Notes: generated from the sequence alone by a model not told the origin. A stretch of 64,000 bases of DNA from Octopus bimaculoides (GCF_001194135.2 NC_068988.1:72977113-73041112), one strand, 5' to 3'; counted from the stretch's first letter, positions 12,669 through 25,364 are shown. Translations and numbers: made by a program.

Positions 12669-13073
12669 TCATCAACATCATCATCATTTAACGTCCGCCT
12701 TCCAAGCTAGCATGGGTTGGACGATTTGACTGAGGACTGGCGAACCAGATGGTTACACAAGGCTCCAATCTGATTTGGCAGAGTAACTACAGCTGGATGC
12801 CCTTCCTAACACCAACCACTCCGAGAGTGTATTGGGTGCTTTTACGTGCCACCGGCACGAAGGCCAGTCAGGCAGTACTGGCAACGACCACGCTCAAAAT
12901 GATGTATTTTACATGCCACCTGCACAGGAGCCAGTCCAGCGGCACTGGCAACGATCTCACTCGAATGTTTTTTCCCGTGCCAGTAAGGCAACACTGGTAG
13001 CGATATCGCTCAAATGGTGCTATTTACGTACACACACACCCATGCTAGCATGGAAGGCGGGCGTTAAATGATG
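12669..13073 (-). mobile_element. RTE-tail retroposon with an inverted second tail
   Basis: Same family as 4850-5185 on the minus strand; 12682-12716 and 13039-13073 form a 35-bp inverted repeat (33/35). Confidence 0.8.
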
Positions 13074-13282
13074 ACATATACACCCAAAAATGGTTTCAAT
13101 GGATATTTAATCCTGGCAGTTACCATGTTAACTCTTAGATCGGTTGTCAATGCTAGCTAACCACAGCAAATGTTGGTGATACTTGAGTTAGTGATAATTT
13201 ACTAGACTCAGTTATTATCCTCACTTGATAAATCCAAATGTCCTTTAAGGGACTGCATAGTTTCCATAGAGAAAATAATGAA

Positions 13283-13881
13283 ATTAATAAAGATCAGGAG
13301 AACGTAGATTAACACATCCATATTTTATTATACAGTTATTTGTAGTATTCTTCCCTTGGACCGACACATTTTGGCTGCATTTGCTGCACACTTATGTGTG
13401 CATCTTAGTGTTAATTGTTGGTGCAGCTTCTTCAGGGTCGTTGTTTGCTGTTGTTCGAAGATCATTTGAAGAAAACTACGAGACTGACTGAATAGGAATC
13501 TTTCAGGAGGTATAAATGGTTATATTTCCTCATGACCTGAAGATTACCTCAGTCAGTTAGGTATTTATTGCTGGGTTTGGTCTTTAAAATATGTCAAATT
13601 TAAGGGTTCCGGTGAACTCCTTAGTATTATAGTTCAGCTTACTATTCTGCCAATTTAGAAGAGTATTCTTTTTTTTTTTGAGGTTTTCAATTGCATTTCT
13701 GGTTTATTACTTATTTTTATAATTATTAATCTATATGTTTATAATTTTCTTGTTGTATATGAAATTAAATATCCTACCTATAGTTAATTTTATTAAATGC
13801 AATCTTACAAAGGAAGAACACTGCAAATAGCTGTATAATAAAATATGAATGTGCAAATCTGTTCTCCTGATCTTTATTAAT
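13283..13881. mobile_element. MITE-like element with about 75-bp TIRs
   Basis: attaataaagatcaggagaac...tattttattatacag.tatttg.agt.ttcttcc at 13283-13358 and inverted at 13808-13881. Confidence 0.75.
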
Positions 13882-13951
13882 ACATATTTACATACACACA
13901 CACAAACAACAGCCTTCTGTTCAGTATCCATCCAACAATATCACTCAGTTT

Positions 13952-13976
13952 GGGGTTAGGGTTAGGGTTAGGGTTA
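13952..13976 (+). repeat. Interstitial telomeric repeat (TTAGGG)n
   Basis: GGGGTTAGGGTTAGGGTTAGGGTTA. Confidence 0.8.
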
Positions 13977-14709
13977 TGCTTGAGTTACTGTGCAGCAGGC
14001 AAGTGGGAGCATGTAGTTCATTTGCTTAGTTTCATCTTTATGTCTGTTTTCATATGCTAAAAGGGTAGACAAATATATTTTTGAGCTACAATTTTACAGC
14101 AAGATGCCTTTCCTGTCACCAACTCTCAACTGTTTCCAAGCACGGTAATATTTCCCAATGCTTTTCAGAGAAGATTAGAAATGAGCAACATCACTTGCAT
14201 GATCATGAGACTTGTTTACTGCCATCACTTAAAGTCAAGACAAGGATACATACACACACAACAGGCTGCTTTCAGTTTCCATTTACCAAATCTAGTTTGA
14301 AGGCTTTGGCTATCTCTCTGATATATATATATATATATATATATAGTCTTTCTAAAAATAGCATGTCCATAAGAGATTTTTTTCTCAAATGAAAACCACT
14401 ATAAATTGTCTGCCAATGGTGTATATGTATGATACTTGGATGGATACACACACACACACACATAAATGCTCTTTTCTTTTACCCTTGTAAATAAACAAAC
14501 TTAACATAAAATTAAAGGCATAATAAATTTGATCTACTTTATGCTATTTCCGAAAAAGTTGGTGTATAGAATATAAAATGAAGAACAAAACACAGACCTA
14601 ATTTCATATATTACAGTGATGTTATTCTAGAAGATAGTATAATATTAAAATAAGGCACAATAATAATAATAATAATAATTTTCAATAGTAACAATGGCAA
14701 GTTATATAC

Positions 14710-14829
14710 CTTAGCCTTTTCTCGTTCCAACCGAGAAGGAAAATTCTTTTCTGGTGTAGTTTCTGGTGTGCTAGTCTCACAAGAAATTGGTTTAAATGCT
14801 GGAATGGTTTTGATGTTGGCATCTTTCTT
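14710..14829 (-). CDS. MLLT10: AF10/AF17-family protein, coding exon 7
   Basis: attttcag|AAG AAA GAT...GCT AAG|gtatat; KKDANIKTIPAFKPISCETSTPETTPEKNFPSRLEREKAK; 120 nt, phase 0/0. KTIPAFKP resembles the post-PHD segment I recall from invertebrate AF10. Confidence 0.9.
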
Positions 14830-15265
14830 CTGAAAATATGATAAAGTAGTCTAAAAAAATATAGCATCAATCTATAGTTACAAATATATCATGCTAAAAA
14901 ACGCATAACCAAAGACAATAGCTGTAAATTAATCAAATATGATGATGATGTATGCAGAAAGAGGATAACGGACACATAATGCAGATGGATGATGTATGTT
15001 AGTTAAAAATTGCTTCAATTTGCAAGAAATTGGTTGTCAGTCATTGATTCCCTATTTATTTTAATTTTACATTCAAGTAACTGCTTCAACTTGTTTGCTA
15101 CTTCATTTCTGTTAATTCTAAATCTAATTATTAAAAAAAAAAAAAACGTAATCTTGTACAATTAGAGATTAACTTGAGATCCTCAGAGATAGTGACAAAG
15201 ATGATGGGTAATTTCTTCTACCAAAACTAAAAAACAGAGCATTGCATATAGCAAAAATACTGAAT

Positions 15266-16462
15266 AAACTTTTTCTTTCATCATATTTCTGACATATTCT
15301 CCATTATTAGTTTCATAAATTTATGAAACATTAAATTTACCTAACAAACTGTTAATATCCTATCTATGGCAGTAGTGGTATAAATATAAAAATTAAAAAC
15401 TTCAAATATTATAGAAAAAGATAATTCAATATTCAGAGTTTGTTGGGATTTCATGTAGAATCTCTTAATCCCCTAAATGTTTATATCTGAAATCCACTTA
15501 AAGCATGCCTTGCCAACTTCATAGATCGCCTGATATCTAACCACTATAGAGTGAAGTGTTAGACAATACAATATGAATTAGTCTGGCACTAGAGCACAGA
15601 GCAGTCCTCCGGCTCATAGAATCCTGTTGATTCATCTAACTTATGCCAGCACAGAAAATAAATATTAAATGATGATTTTATTTTTTATGTGTGTACGCAC
15701 ACATGATGATGATGACAGACACTAATTAATGATACTTTCTTTCTCTAGCTGCAAATAAACAAATATAGCATTAAATACATCAAAGGATAATTTGAGGGAA
15801 AACTGACACATTGGGCATATAGAGTTTCCCATCATTGTGGATTAGCCACTTTTCTGCTATTGTCTGACTTCAGCTTTGTTTGCATATGGAGAGCTAAAAA
15901 TGTATAACATGTATTTTCTACTACAAAATCAGATTCATTTCATAAATTCTTTATAATAACAATGTAGGCCATGTCAGAAATGTGGTTGAAATTAAAGTCT
16001 ATTCTATACTTTTCCATCATCAAATGCACTTTCCTCATAACTAATATAGGAAATAAAATCAGAACTTGGCTTGAAATTATTTAACTCTGCCATGTTTGTA
16101 CAAAATATGTGCATTATATTAGCTGGTTTCTATTCACTGAAAAAGAAAGAGAACTATAGGCATATTAAAGACCTCAATACTAATTATGAAGAAAGCATAA
16201 CATTTTTGTTCAATATCAAAGAAAGATGTACACAGGAAATCAAAACTGTGTAACAGTCAAAAACTAAGCACACAAAAATGTAGTTACATTTTTGGCACAC
16301 ACAGGTAACCAAAACTTTTTCTTTCATCATATTTCTGACATATTCTCCATTATTAGTTTCATAAATTTATGAAACTGATTTGACTGAAACATTAAATTTA
16401 CCTAACAAACTGTTAATATCCTATCTATGGCAGTAGTGGTATAAAGATAAAAATTAAAAACT
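15266..16462. repeat. Local direct duplication, about 140 bp (15266-15401 and 16312-16462)
   Basis: aaactttttctttcatcatatttctgacatattctcc...aattaaaaact occurs twice; the second copy has an insertion of about 15 bp. Confidence 0.9.
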
Positions 16463-16599
16463 AAATGCACGAGATATAAAAAGAAGTTAGCAGTTGCAGC
16501 ATTCATGAAATGAAATCTACAAACTGGACAGCTCACTAGATGTAGTAGTTTCTGTTACCTAGATGACTTATAAATACCAAAAGAGTAGTGAAAACATAG

Positions 16600-16935
16600 T
16601 AACTGGAATAAGAAAAAGGTAGAAGAAATTGAGAGAGTTATCAATTCTTTTGACAACAAAGAGTTTCTCTGTACATACAACTGACAGTCTGTACAAAGCA
16701 CATGTAAGAAGCATAATGCTGCAAAATTGTGAGACAAGAGTACTGAATACAGAAGATGTACAAAGACAGAAGAGAAATTTGATTTTTGAACATACAATAA
16801 AAAATTTGCAAGAAAAGCAAGTGACCTACATATGCAAGTAAGAACTAAAGGCACTAGTCAATGTATGCAAAATGAGTGGCTGCACTGGTATGGATGTGAA
16901 TGAATGAGGAGTGCCGAGTGAAAAAATACTATACA
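16600..16935 (+). mobile_element. Degenerate RTE LINE fragment
   Basis: MRELSILLTTKSFS...LYKAHVRSIMLQNCET, the same RT C-terminus as 2387-2908. Confidence 0.75.
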
Positions 16936-16942
16936 GTCATCA

Positions 16943-17530
16943 TCATCATCGTTTAACGTCCGCTTTCCAGGCTAGCATGGATTGGACGATTTGACTGAGG
17001 ACTAGCAAGCCAGAAGGCTGCACCAGGCTCCAATCTGATCTGGCAGAGTTTCTACAGCTGGATGCCCTTCCTAATGCCAACCACTCCGAGAGTGTAGTGG
17101 GTGCTTTTACATGCCACCGGCACGAGGGCCAGTCACATGGTACTGGCAACGGCCTCACTCAAGAAGGTGTTTTTTACGTGCCACCTGCATGGGAGCCAGT
17201 CCAGCAGCACTGGCAACGACCTCGCTTGAATGATTTGCTAACATGCCACCAGCACAAGTGCTAGAAGGTGACGCTGGTAATGATTATGCTCAAATGATGC
17301 TATTTACGGACCACTAGCACGGGAGCCAGACAGTTGCTCTGGCAATGAACACGCTCGGACAGTGCTGTTAGTGCTCCACTGGCGCAGGTGCCAGTCATCG
17401 AATATGGTCCAATTTCGATTTCGATTTAACTTGCCCCAACAGGTTTTCACAGGCAGAGTTTAGTGTCCAATGAAGGATAGGTTGGCATGGGTGCTAGTCG
17501 TCGGATTCAGTTCGATTTCGATTTCAGATG
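16943..17530 (-). mobile_element. RTE-tail retroposon with internal subrepeats
   Basis: (cat)n tail then the reverse complement of the family body; longer copy including the gaaatcgaaat subrepeat also seen at 63340-64000. Confidence 0.85.
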
Positions 17531-18528
17531 ACAGCGGAAAATAACTATAACAAAGGAACACCAAGGAAATAATGAAGTTTGTTCTCAGAATGTAGAACCT
17601 CACATAAGGCAATATGCAGACCTGTCCAATATGATGCCAATATGAAAAAACAGGAATTAAACTTCTTATGACAATGAAACCAATTTTGTAGTAGTACTAA
17701 GCATAGGGTAATACAAGATTTTGGAAGAAGTAATATTAATGCCAAAAACTAACAAAAGATCTTTATAATTTTTTAAGATAAATTATAAAAGAATTTTTAC
17801 AAAAATACACTAATTTCAAAGATAATTGTATATAATATTTCAAACCAAATATGTACATATACACGCATGGAACCTAATACAGCCTGTCACATGGTTGGGT
17901 TGTTGACTAAACTGGCAACCTCACCAAGCAAACTTGCTAAAGAGGATAGTTACTGGACACCCTGTGGGGTAAAAAACAAGACCCATCAAAGGGCAGAGGA
18001 ACTCACAAGAGTCAACAACCATCCAAGTGAGGTCTGCTGCTCATCAGTCTCATGGCATACTTGCACCAACTGTTGGTATCAGCAGTACCAAAGTGTGAAT
18101 GGTCCCATACAAGCTATTACCACTTTAAACAAGTAACTCAGTGGGCTGCTCAAGAGATTTGATTACTCCACATTTTACAAGATCATTCTGAGAAGGAAAA
18201 TTCTTTGGTCCCTATGCATTGAATACAACAAAAGAGTCCATCACATGCATATAAAGCTATTTACTCCATTCATTTGCAAGGTATTTTGTATATATCAAGA
18301 TTGTTTTAAACATCTTAATATGATTATTAACCCTTTTGATACCTACCAATGGTAACAAAAGGGTTAAACAATGTTTAAGAATAACTTAGCTACTACCTTC
18401 ATTTTTATTCAAATCAAATATGATAAACCAACCTTCTATTTGAGGAAGCATGTAATTGAACATTCAAAAATAGAACAAAATCTTCAGAGAAATATTGGAT
18501 ATGTTAATAAAAAAATAAGATGACTCAC

Positions 18529-18622
18529 CAATTTTTTATAATGATACATACAGTATCCACAATATTTAACATTGTCACCATAATTTCCAGCTTCTTCACA
18601 TAATAGACCTTGTGCTTGAGCA
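18529..18622 (-). CDS. MLLT10: AF10/AF17-family protein, coding exon 6 (PHD2 end)
   Basis: tctttcag|T GCT CAA...AAA TTG|gtgagt; AQAQGLLCEEAGNYGDNVKYCGYCMYHYKKL; 94 nt. Confidence 0.97.
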
Positions 18623-18824
18623 CTGAAAGAAATGTAATTATTCAGAGACAAATCAAACAAAAACAAAATTTTGGTTAGTGAAAACTAATCAAGTTACAAA
18701 ATTCTCATTTTAATTCAAGAATATTTCAATTGTATGTATTGCAATTTAGGTTGTAATGGAACCGTTTCAAGTTAAAAAAGAAACAGTATAAAATCTATCA
18801 ATTCATGGACTTTCACAACCTTAC

Positions 18825-18928
18825 CAGGTGACATGGAAATTTTGTTTACATCCATTTTTGTTGCATTGCATACAAGCCCCTGTAGCAGCTTTACTTTCAC
18901 GACTTTGTTCTTCACAAATATAACACAC
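18825..18928 (-). CDS. MLLT10: AF10/AF17-family protein, coding exon 5 (PHD2)
   Basis: ttattcag|GTG TGT TAT...ACC TG|gtaagg; VCYICEEQSRESKAATGACMQCNKNGCKQNFHVT(C); 104 nt. Confidence 0.97.
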
Positions 18929-21181
18929 CTGAATAACAAATATATAAATATTTAGAAAATCAATATTTTACTTTTAAATTATATTACATATTTAATTATA
19001 ACCACTACTTTGAAAACAACAACACATAATTTTATAACTTATTAAATTTTCAGTAAATATATTTAGTAGAAAAGGTTACAGAAATTTTTATTACTTAAAA
19101 GAAAAATTAAATTTGACCAAATGTGATTTTAGAGTAAAAAATAGAAAATAATTAAAAACAGACAAAACAAGCAGAATGTAGTAAAATATTACAGTATACA
19201 CCATTGTATAGACATGAGCATTTTACTTTCTTTTTTCCCTGTTTTCTCAAGCTAGCATGAACAGGTATGAAAATATGAACAATTGCTAGTAATCATGGAC
19301 CTCATTCATTTTATGTCCATTTTTCTTTATGCTAGCATGGGTTAGATATATTACTGAGGTCTTGTTTTACAGCCAGATGTCCTTCCAGTTGCTGACCCCA
19401 ACCTGTTTTTCAAGTAATTCAACACAGCTTCCAAGACTCATAATTAACAGATGATTTGTTGACAAGGAAATGAGAGTAGGATCACCATATGTAGCTCAGT
19501 GAATTTTTTTTGAAGAAGTACAAATGTAAACATTCACATAGACGTGTGTGTGCATGCACACATCATTGACATCATTCAACATTCCCTTCCATGGCTATCT
19601 TAACTACCTATCACTCACAATCTCTTTCATTAATGAATATTATCCTCCTATACTTTTAGCTGCCATTCCCAAGCACCCCTCCCCAGCTCATTATTGACCG
19701 TCATATTTCCTTAATTTCAACCCACAACTACTCACATCTTTCCCTCTCTTTATCCACAGTCAATACTATCTCTCCCATCTCTCTCTCCTTTACCATATTG
19801 TCACTCCAACCATGCTGTTTCCCCTTTCATATTCTGGTCTCTTCATCTTCTGCAATTACTTTCCTACTCACCTTGAAAAACACAGACAAGACAAAGTAGT
19901 GAGGACCACTTTGTAATGCAAGAATAAAAGGCAACCTCACTAATGTTGGTGCCATGAGATGCACCAAATACATTCTGTAAAGTAGTCGTGGAACAAGCCC
20001 AGTAGCTGTAGGGTTAGGAGAAGCCTTTATTCTTGTTTGTCAAGGACACCACAAGCTCTATAATGCAGATGCCATGATAAAATGTACCCCTGTCCATTGT
20101 AAAATAGTTGATGTAGGAAGAACATTGAACTGTAGAAATTGAAACATACTATGAGATGTGTACCCCTGAATTATCTAGGAGGGCAATGACACCAATTAAG
20201 AACTAATTCAAATCGTAACAACCCACTCAACCCATGCCAACATGGAAAGTAGTGTTAAACGATAAGGTTTCATCAAACTAATTCATTTCTCTCATGTCTT
20301 ATTTGATGAACCTCTACTACAGATACCATCTACCACCAACTTACAAAATAAAATTATGGTAAAGGAGTACACTAAGAAAATGAAATGAGAAAATTTTATC
20401 TTTTTCTTGCAAGTATTTATTTATTCAAATGTAATGCAATCAGTTACTTTAACTTCACCTGAGTTTTATACATTATTCTATTATTTCTTTGATTTTAGTC
20501 ACTAGACTATAGCCATGATAAGGCACCACCTTTTATTTTAGTTAATCATAGCAATCCCAGTATATATTTCTGCCTGGAACCATTTTATTGATTGACTAAG
20601 TTGCCATTCTGAAATAATACTGGTTATTTTTATCTATCAATGCTGTCAAGCACATAAATGCAAGCATACATACATCATACACAAACATGTATATATGACA
20701 GCCTTCTAAACAGTTTCCATCCTCCAAACTCCATTCTCAAAGTATTAGTCAATCCAAAGCTATATTAGAGGAAACTTGCCTTATGTGCCTTGAACCCCAA
20801 AACATTTAACTGCAAAGCAAAATTCTCAATTACACAACCATACTTGCACCTATATCTCTACACACTTCATTAAAATTGTCTTTGTTATCACACAATCCCA
20901 TCTTCAATAATCATATGATGATTCTTTCATGAATTGAAGGTAAAGATAAATTATCACATTGTCAATGTTGATATGGAATTAAATGAAGTATGAAGCAAAA
21001 AAGCTCAATACCAACATACCTTGTTTTAACCATTTAGCTAAAACAATTTATAAAAACTTATGATATCCAAAATTTAAACAAAAGCATTTTAAATAAAATT
21101 CAAATGAGAATAAATTGGAAAAATTACAAAATGTTGAGTTGTAAAGAGAATAAAAAACACAGTTATTACTTTGTCTCTAAC

Positions 21182-21291
21182 CTTATTGAACCTTTCTTGG
21201 GGAACATTCTTTAATACAATTGGTTCCATAGTTTGTACATTAGCAAACCATGCTTCAGGAATAAATAGTGCACAAACAACATGACACCACC
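21182..21291 (-). CDS. MLLT10: AF10/AF17-family protein, coding exon 4
   Basis: ttttctag|GG TGG TGT CAT...AAT AAG|gttaga; (G)WCHVVCALFIPEAWFANVQTMEPIVLKNVPQERFNK; 110 nt. Confidence 0.96.
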
Positions 21292-21463
21292 CTAGAAAAT
21301 AGAAAAGTAAGAATTATTGCACCAAATTCAAGTAAAATTGGAATATGAGCTAATACAGGCAGACACATAGATATTTATACAGAAACGTACACTCAAAGTC
21401 AGTAGAAGATGTATATCTTTATTGAAAACTCCTCTGATAACAGGAATAAGCTTTCAAATAAGT

Positions 21464-21528
21464 TGCAATTGTAATTTTTATTGATAAATAATTTATGAAA
21501 TTATTTATCAATAAAAATTACAATTGCA
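21464..21528. repeat. Perfect 31-bp palindrome with 3-nt loop
   Basis: tgcaattgtaatttttattgataaataattt-atg-aaattatttatcaataaaaattacaattgca; arms checked base by base. Confidence 0.95.
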
Positions 21529-23536
21529 TCCCTACTTTTTCCAGTAACATTATCATCATTGGTTAATACAATAATAGTAGTAATATAGCCAGTAACAGAA
21601 GAACTGATTAAAAATTTAAGAGAATACTGTATTTATTTGTTATATGCACTCCTGTATACAACACACTAATAATAATAATAATAGACAATAAAATATTGGA
21701 AAATAAAACAGTTCTAGAGCAATGTTTCCCCTAATTTACTGCAGTAGGTTTGTGCCAAAATTTGTACACAACGCTAATTTCTGCATATCTATGTGAGTAA
21801 AAACCACTCAAATTTTTTAATTTAAAAACGTCCAATTTCCCTTTACCTTGTGTACATTTTCCTCCTTTCCCAGTTATAAAATGTGAGCATTCACATAAGT
21901 ACACAACTTAGAGAGAACACTGTTCTAGACTACAATACACACTGACTTTCTATAGTATTTCAATGTATGGAAAAAGGATTGTTTAGTCAGATTTATTATA
22001 ATTACTGTATAAAATACTTTGGAAAAATTCACACTTCCTAAATGAGAAAAACTGTTAATTCCAAAGTGACTTTTGCACTTTACTGTTTTAGGCCTTAAAA
22101 GTGCAACATTTGTAAAGGCAATACAGTGGAAATCACATAATCATGATTTTCTTTTTTCTAAATCAATTTGATTTTGATAGGTGAGTGCTTAAATACGTCT
22201 TTACTTAATTTTACTATTCAGTTTTTTCAGTGAAGCACACACTATGATGATGTCACAGGAGGACAAAGCATTTATAGTTTAAGGGTGGATTTTTAAAAAA
22301 TACCTCTAACTTTTTGTTTTATGCATTATTTTACTTAAATGGTTTCTTATAAAGCAAACAATCAAAGTCTTCATTTTCTGTTTTTAAATTTAAAGTGTTG
22401 CAAGATTCTGAATCTTAAAATGAAAAAGCATTTTCAATTTTCAGATAGTAAAATAAACCCATTTTAAATCATTCCATTTTCATGAGAAACAAATTGTTTT
22501 GACATTGTTAAAATTTTTAACAAAATGAAAATCACAAAACAGTGTTTCACTGCAACAATACCAACTTTATTTTCTCAATATTTCATGTTAATTATTACAA
22601 GCACACTTTTGCGATATTTTGAGGATATTAGATCAATACAATCCAATGTGGGTACATTTTTCAGATACAATAAATATATAATACACCATTATATACTTAT
22701 ATAAAAGTGGCACCATTAGATAGATTGCACCTCTTTTGTGTTTATGATAGTTTAGCCTGTGCAGAAGTTGCATGTTGCTTCCTATAAATACTGCTTATAA
22801 CTTCACTTACAATTGCATTTAAATAATAAATACATTTAGCTAGCCAAGTAAAGTCCTGCAAAGATAGATATTGCAATAAGTTTCTATCATCTATGCTCAG
22901 AACAGACAAACCAACCAGGGCTTTTAAATCAGAACTCCCAACTGAATGGCAATATATGCACCATCAATAGAAAACTTCCTGTATTTTTTTTTTTTTTTGT
23001 ACATGTAAAAGCATATGACAGAATAGTTGGCTTATATGGAAATCTTTGCTCAATGACCTATGCACTATATGCACAGCTATAAGACACTTTATGCATCAAG
23101 AACTCTGCAGTTATGTTTGAATTATGAACTACACACTCTAAAGTGATATCTTATGTTTTGCTTCTTCATTCTTTCGAATATACATATAGAGATACAATAT
23201 CCAGGCAGGTACTATTCAAGCCCTTAGTTATAGTCTAGGTGAAGATTAACCACATTGAGTTGTAATGAGCACCTAGAATTACTTGAGATAAGCAATCCCC
23301 CTGTATTTTATCCGATAGATAAATTCTGAGTTCGCGTCTCTCGATTATGTATATTTAACCAAGTGTATATTTAATATAGTAACAATGAATATGGGATTAG
23401 TACATCTGCATAACTTTTTTTTATTATTTCTAGTCAAGTACAGTATATTCGATTTAAATTTGCCTGATGCACATTTCTGCTGCACAGGCATCTAGGAATT
23501 GCATTTGCATCAAGTTACTTTCAATTTGTGATTAGT

Positions 23537-23946
23537 CTTTATTCATTTACTTGTTTCAGTCATTTGACTGCAGCCATGCTGGAGCACTGCCTTAAAGGGT
23601 TTTAGTCGAAGAAATTGACCCCATGACTTATTCTTTGTAAGTCTAGTACTTATTCTATCAACCCTTTTGCTGAACCACTAAGTTATGGGGACATAAACAC
23701 ACCAGTATCGGTTGTCAAGCGATGGTGGGGAGACAAACACATATAACTATATACATATACATACATACACACACACACACACACACGATAGGCTTCTTTC
23801 AGTTTCTGTCTACCAAATTCACTCACAAGGCTTTGGTTAGCGCGAGGCTATAGTAGAAGACACTTACCCAAGGCGCCACGCAGAAGGAATGAACCTGGAA
23901 CCATGTGGTTGAGAAGCAAGCTTCTTACCACACAGCCACCCTGCGT
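23537..23946 (-). mobile_element. tRNA-derived SINE (family A), full length with internal microsatellite
   Basis: Head ggtggctgtgtggtaagaagcttgcttctcaaccacatggttccaggttc; central (CA)/(TACA) tract; tail aatgactgaaacaagtaaa. Confidence 0.9.
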
Positions 23947-24984
23947 CTACGCAGATTTTTTCAAGGTCCTTCCACTGAAGAGGATTAAAGTGAATTAAAT
24001 GCATGTAGTTTGGACTAGTGATATATTATTGTCCAATGCTACAGTTTTGAATGCAAAGTATGAGACAGGAGGGTTTGGTAATCTGATATGGCGATAAAAA
24101 TTACTATGACGTTGACCCTCTTCTGACCCCAGGTTTGAACTTCGAGAATGAAACCCCAAACATTGAATAGGGCCGCCACCTTACTTACCCAGTACCTGCA
24201 ATTGCCAACTCCGTCTCTGTGAAAGACTGAAATTCTTCACATAACTGCAACATCCATCAACAAGAAATACAAACTATCTTATTACTGCCATAAGATGTAC
24301 ACCCTCTTGTTGAACTTCAAACCACTGACTACCAAAAACCCAGATAGATCAAAAACAACACGCTAACCTTATGCATCCCCTGTAACCATGCACACACATA
24401 CCTATGTATGTATCCCCCCCCCCAGGCAACATCAAACTTCAATCCAACACAAAATTCCCACCACCCCCAGATATGCTATTGCAATCACATTAATATACTC
24501 GTCATACTTGCATACATATACATGCACACATCAGATATAAATATACATGCATGTATACATGTTCTTTCAGACAAAAATGCACACATTCATATGTACTTTA
24601 TTTATATATGCATGTGTGTTTTGAATGTAGAAACAAATATAGAAATTTTCTATTGGCTAGTTTTAAGATGCTACACAAATTACCAGTCAGTTAAGACTTG
24701 TGATTTAAAAGCAGTGGTTTGTCTCTCTGTGCTGAGTGTAGATCATACAAACTCACTGCAACAATATCTAAGGTTTCAGGACTGTTGGAATTTTTAAGGA
24801 TATATTTTCTTATTTTTCTCGGATTAATTTATCTTTCTAGAGGCCAACAGACTGACTGAGAAAGTAATCTTTATACGAGACAGATGCAAAGAAGCAGTAT
24901 GTACTATGAATGAGCACACAAGAAATAGATTTTTTAAAATGCTCAAATGGCTCACTAGAAATAGCTGTTAGCTTTTGTTATCTA

Positions 24985-25360
24985 ATAGGTGGTTGCATTG
25001 AAAGTATAGAAGCTAGCATGCTCTGTTGGAATGTAATTGGATAGGAATGACAAAATACAAATGCACTGAGAGAAAATGAGAGTATAAGAGAAATGTGCTG
25101 AGAGAAAAACTGAACAAAAGCAGAATCCAATGTAGTGTGTAAGAAAGAACACTGCATAAGTATGGACATGTGATACATATGAATGAGGGCAGCTATATAA
25201 AGAGACGTCAAATATTTAAGGTGGATGGAGCTTGCAAAAGAGGGAAACCCAAGAAGACATGGGATGAAATAGTGAAGGTTGATCTTAGAACCTTGAACTT
25301 CATGGCGATGACAAAGGACTGGGATGACTGGCAATATGCAGTTCTCAAGAAATCCAGCTC
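24985..25360 (+). mobile_element. Degenerate RTE LINE fragment
   Basis: EASML.W.C; HMNEGSYIKRRQIFKVDGACKRGKPKKTWDEIV. Confidence 0.8.
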
Positions 25361-25364
25361 ACCT

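Noticed and set aside
21715-23500. Possible decayed DNA transposon(s)
   Set aside because: TIR-like starts seen (caatgtttcccc; ttaagggtgg) but no matching partner end or coding motif.
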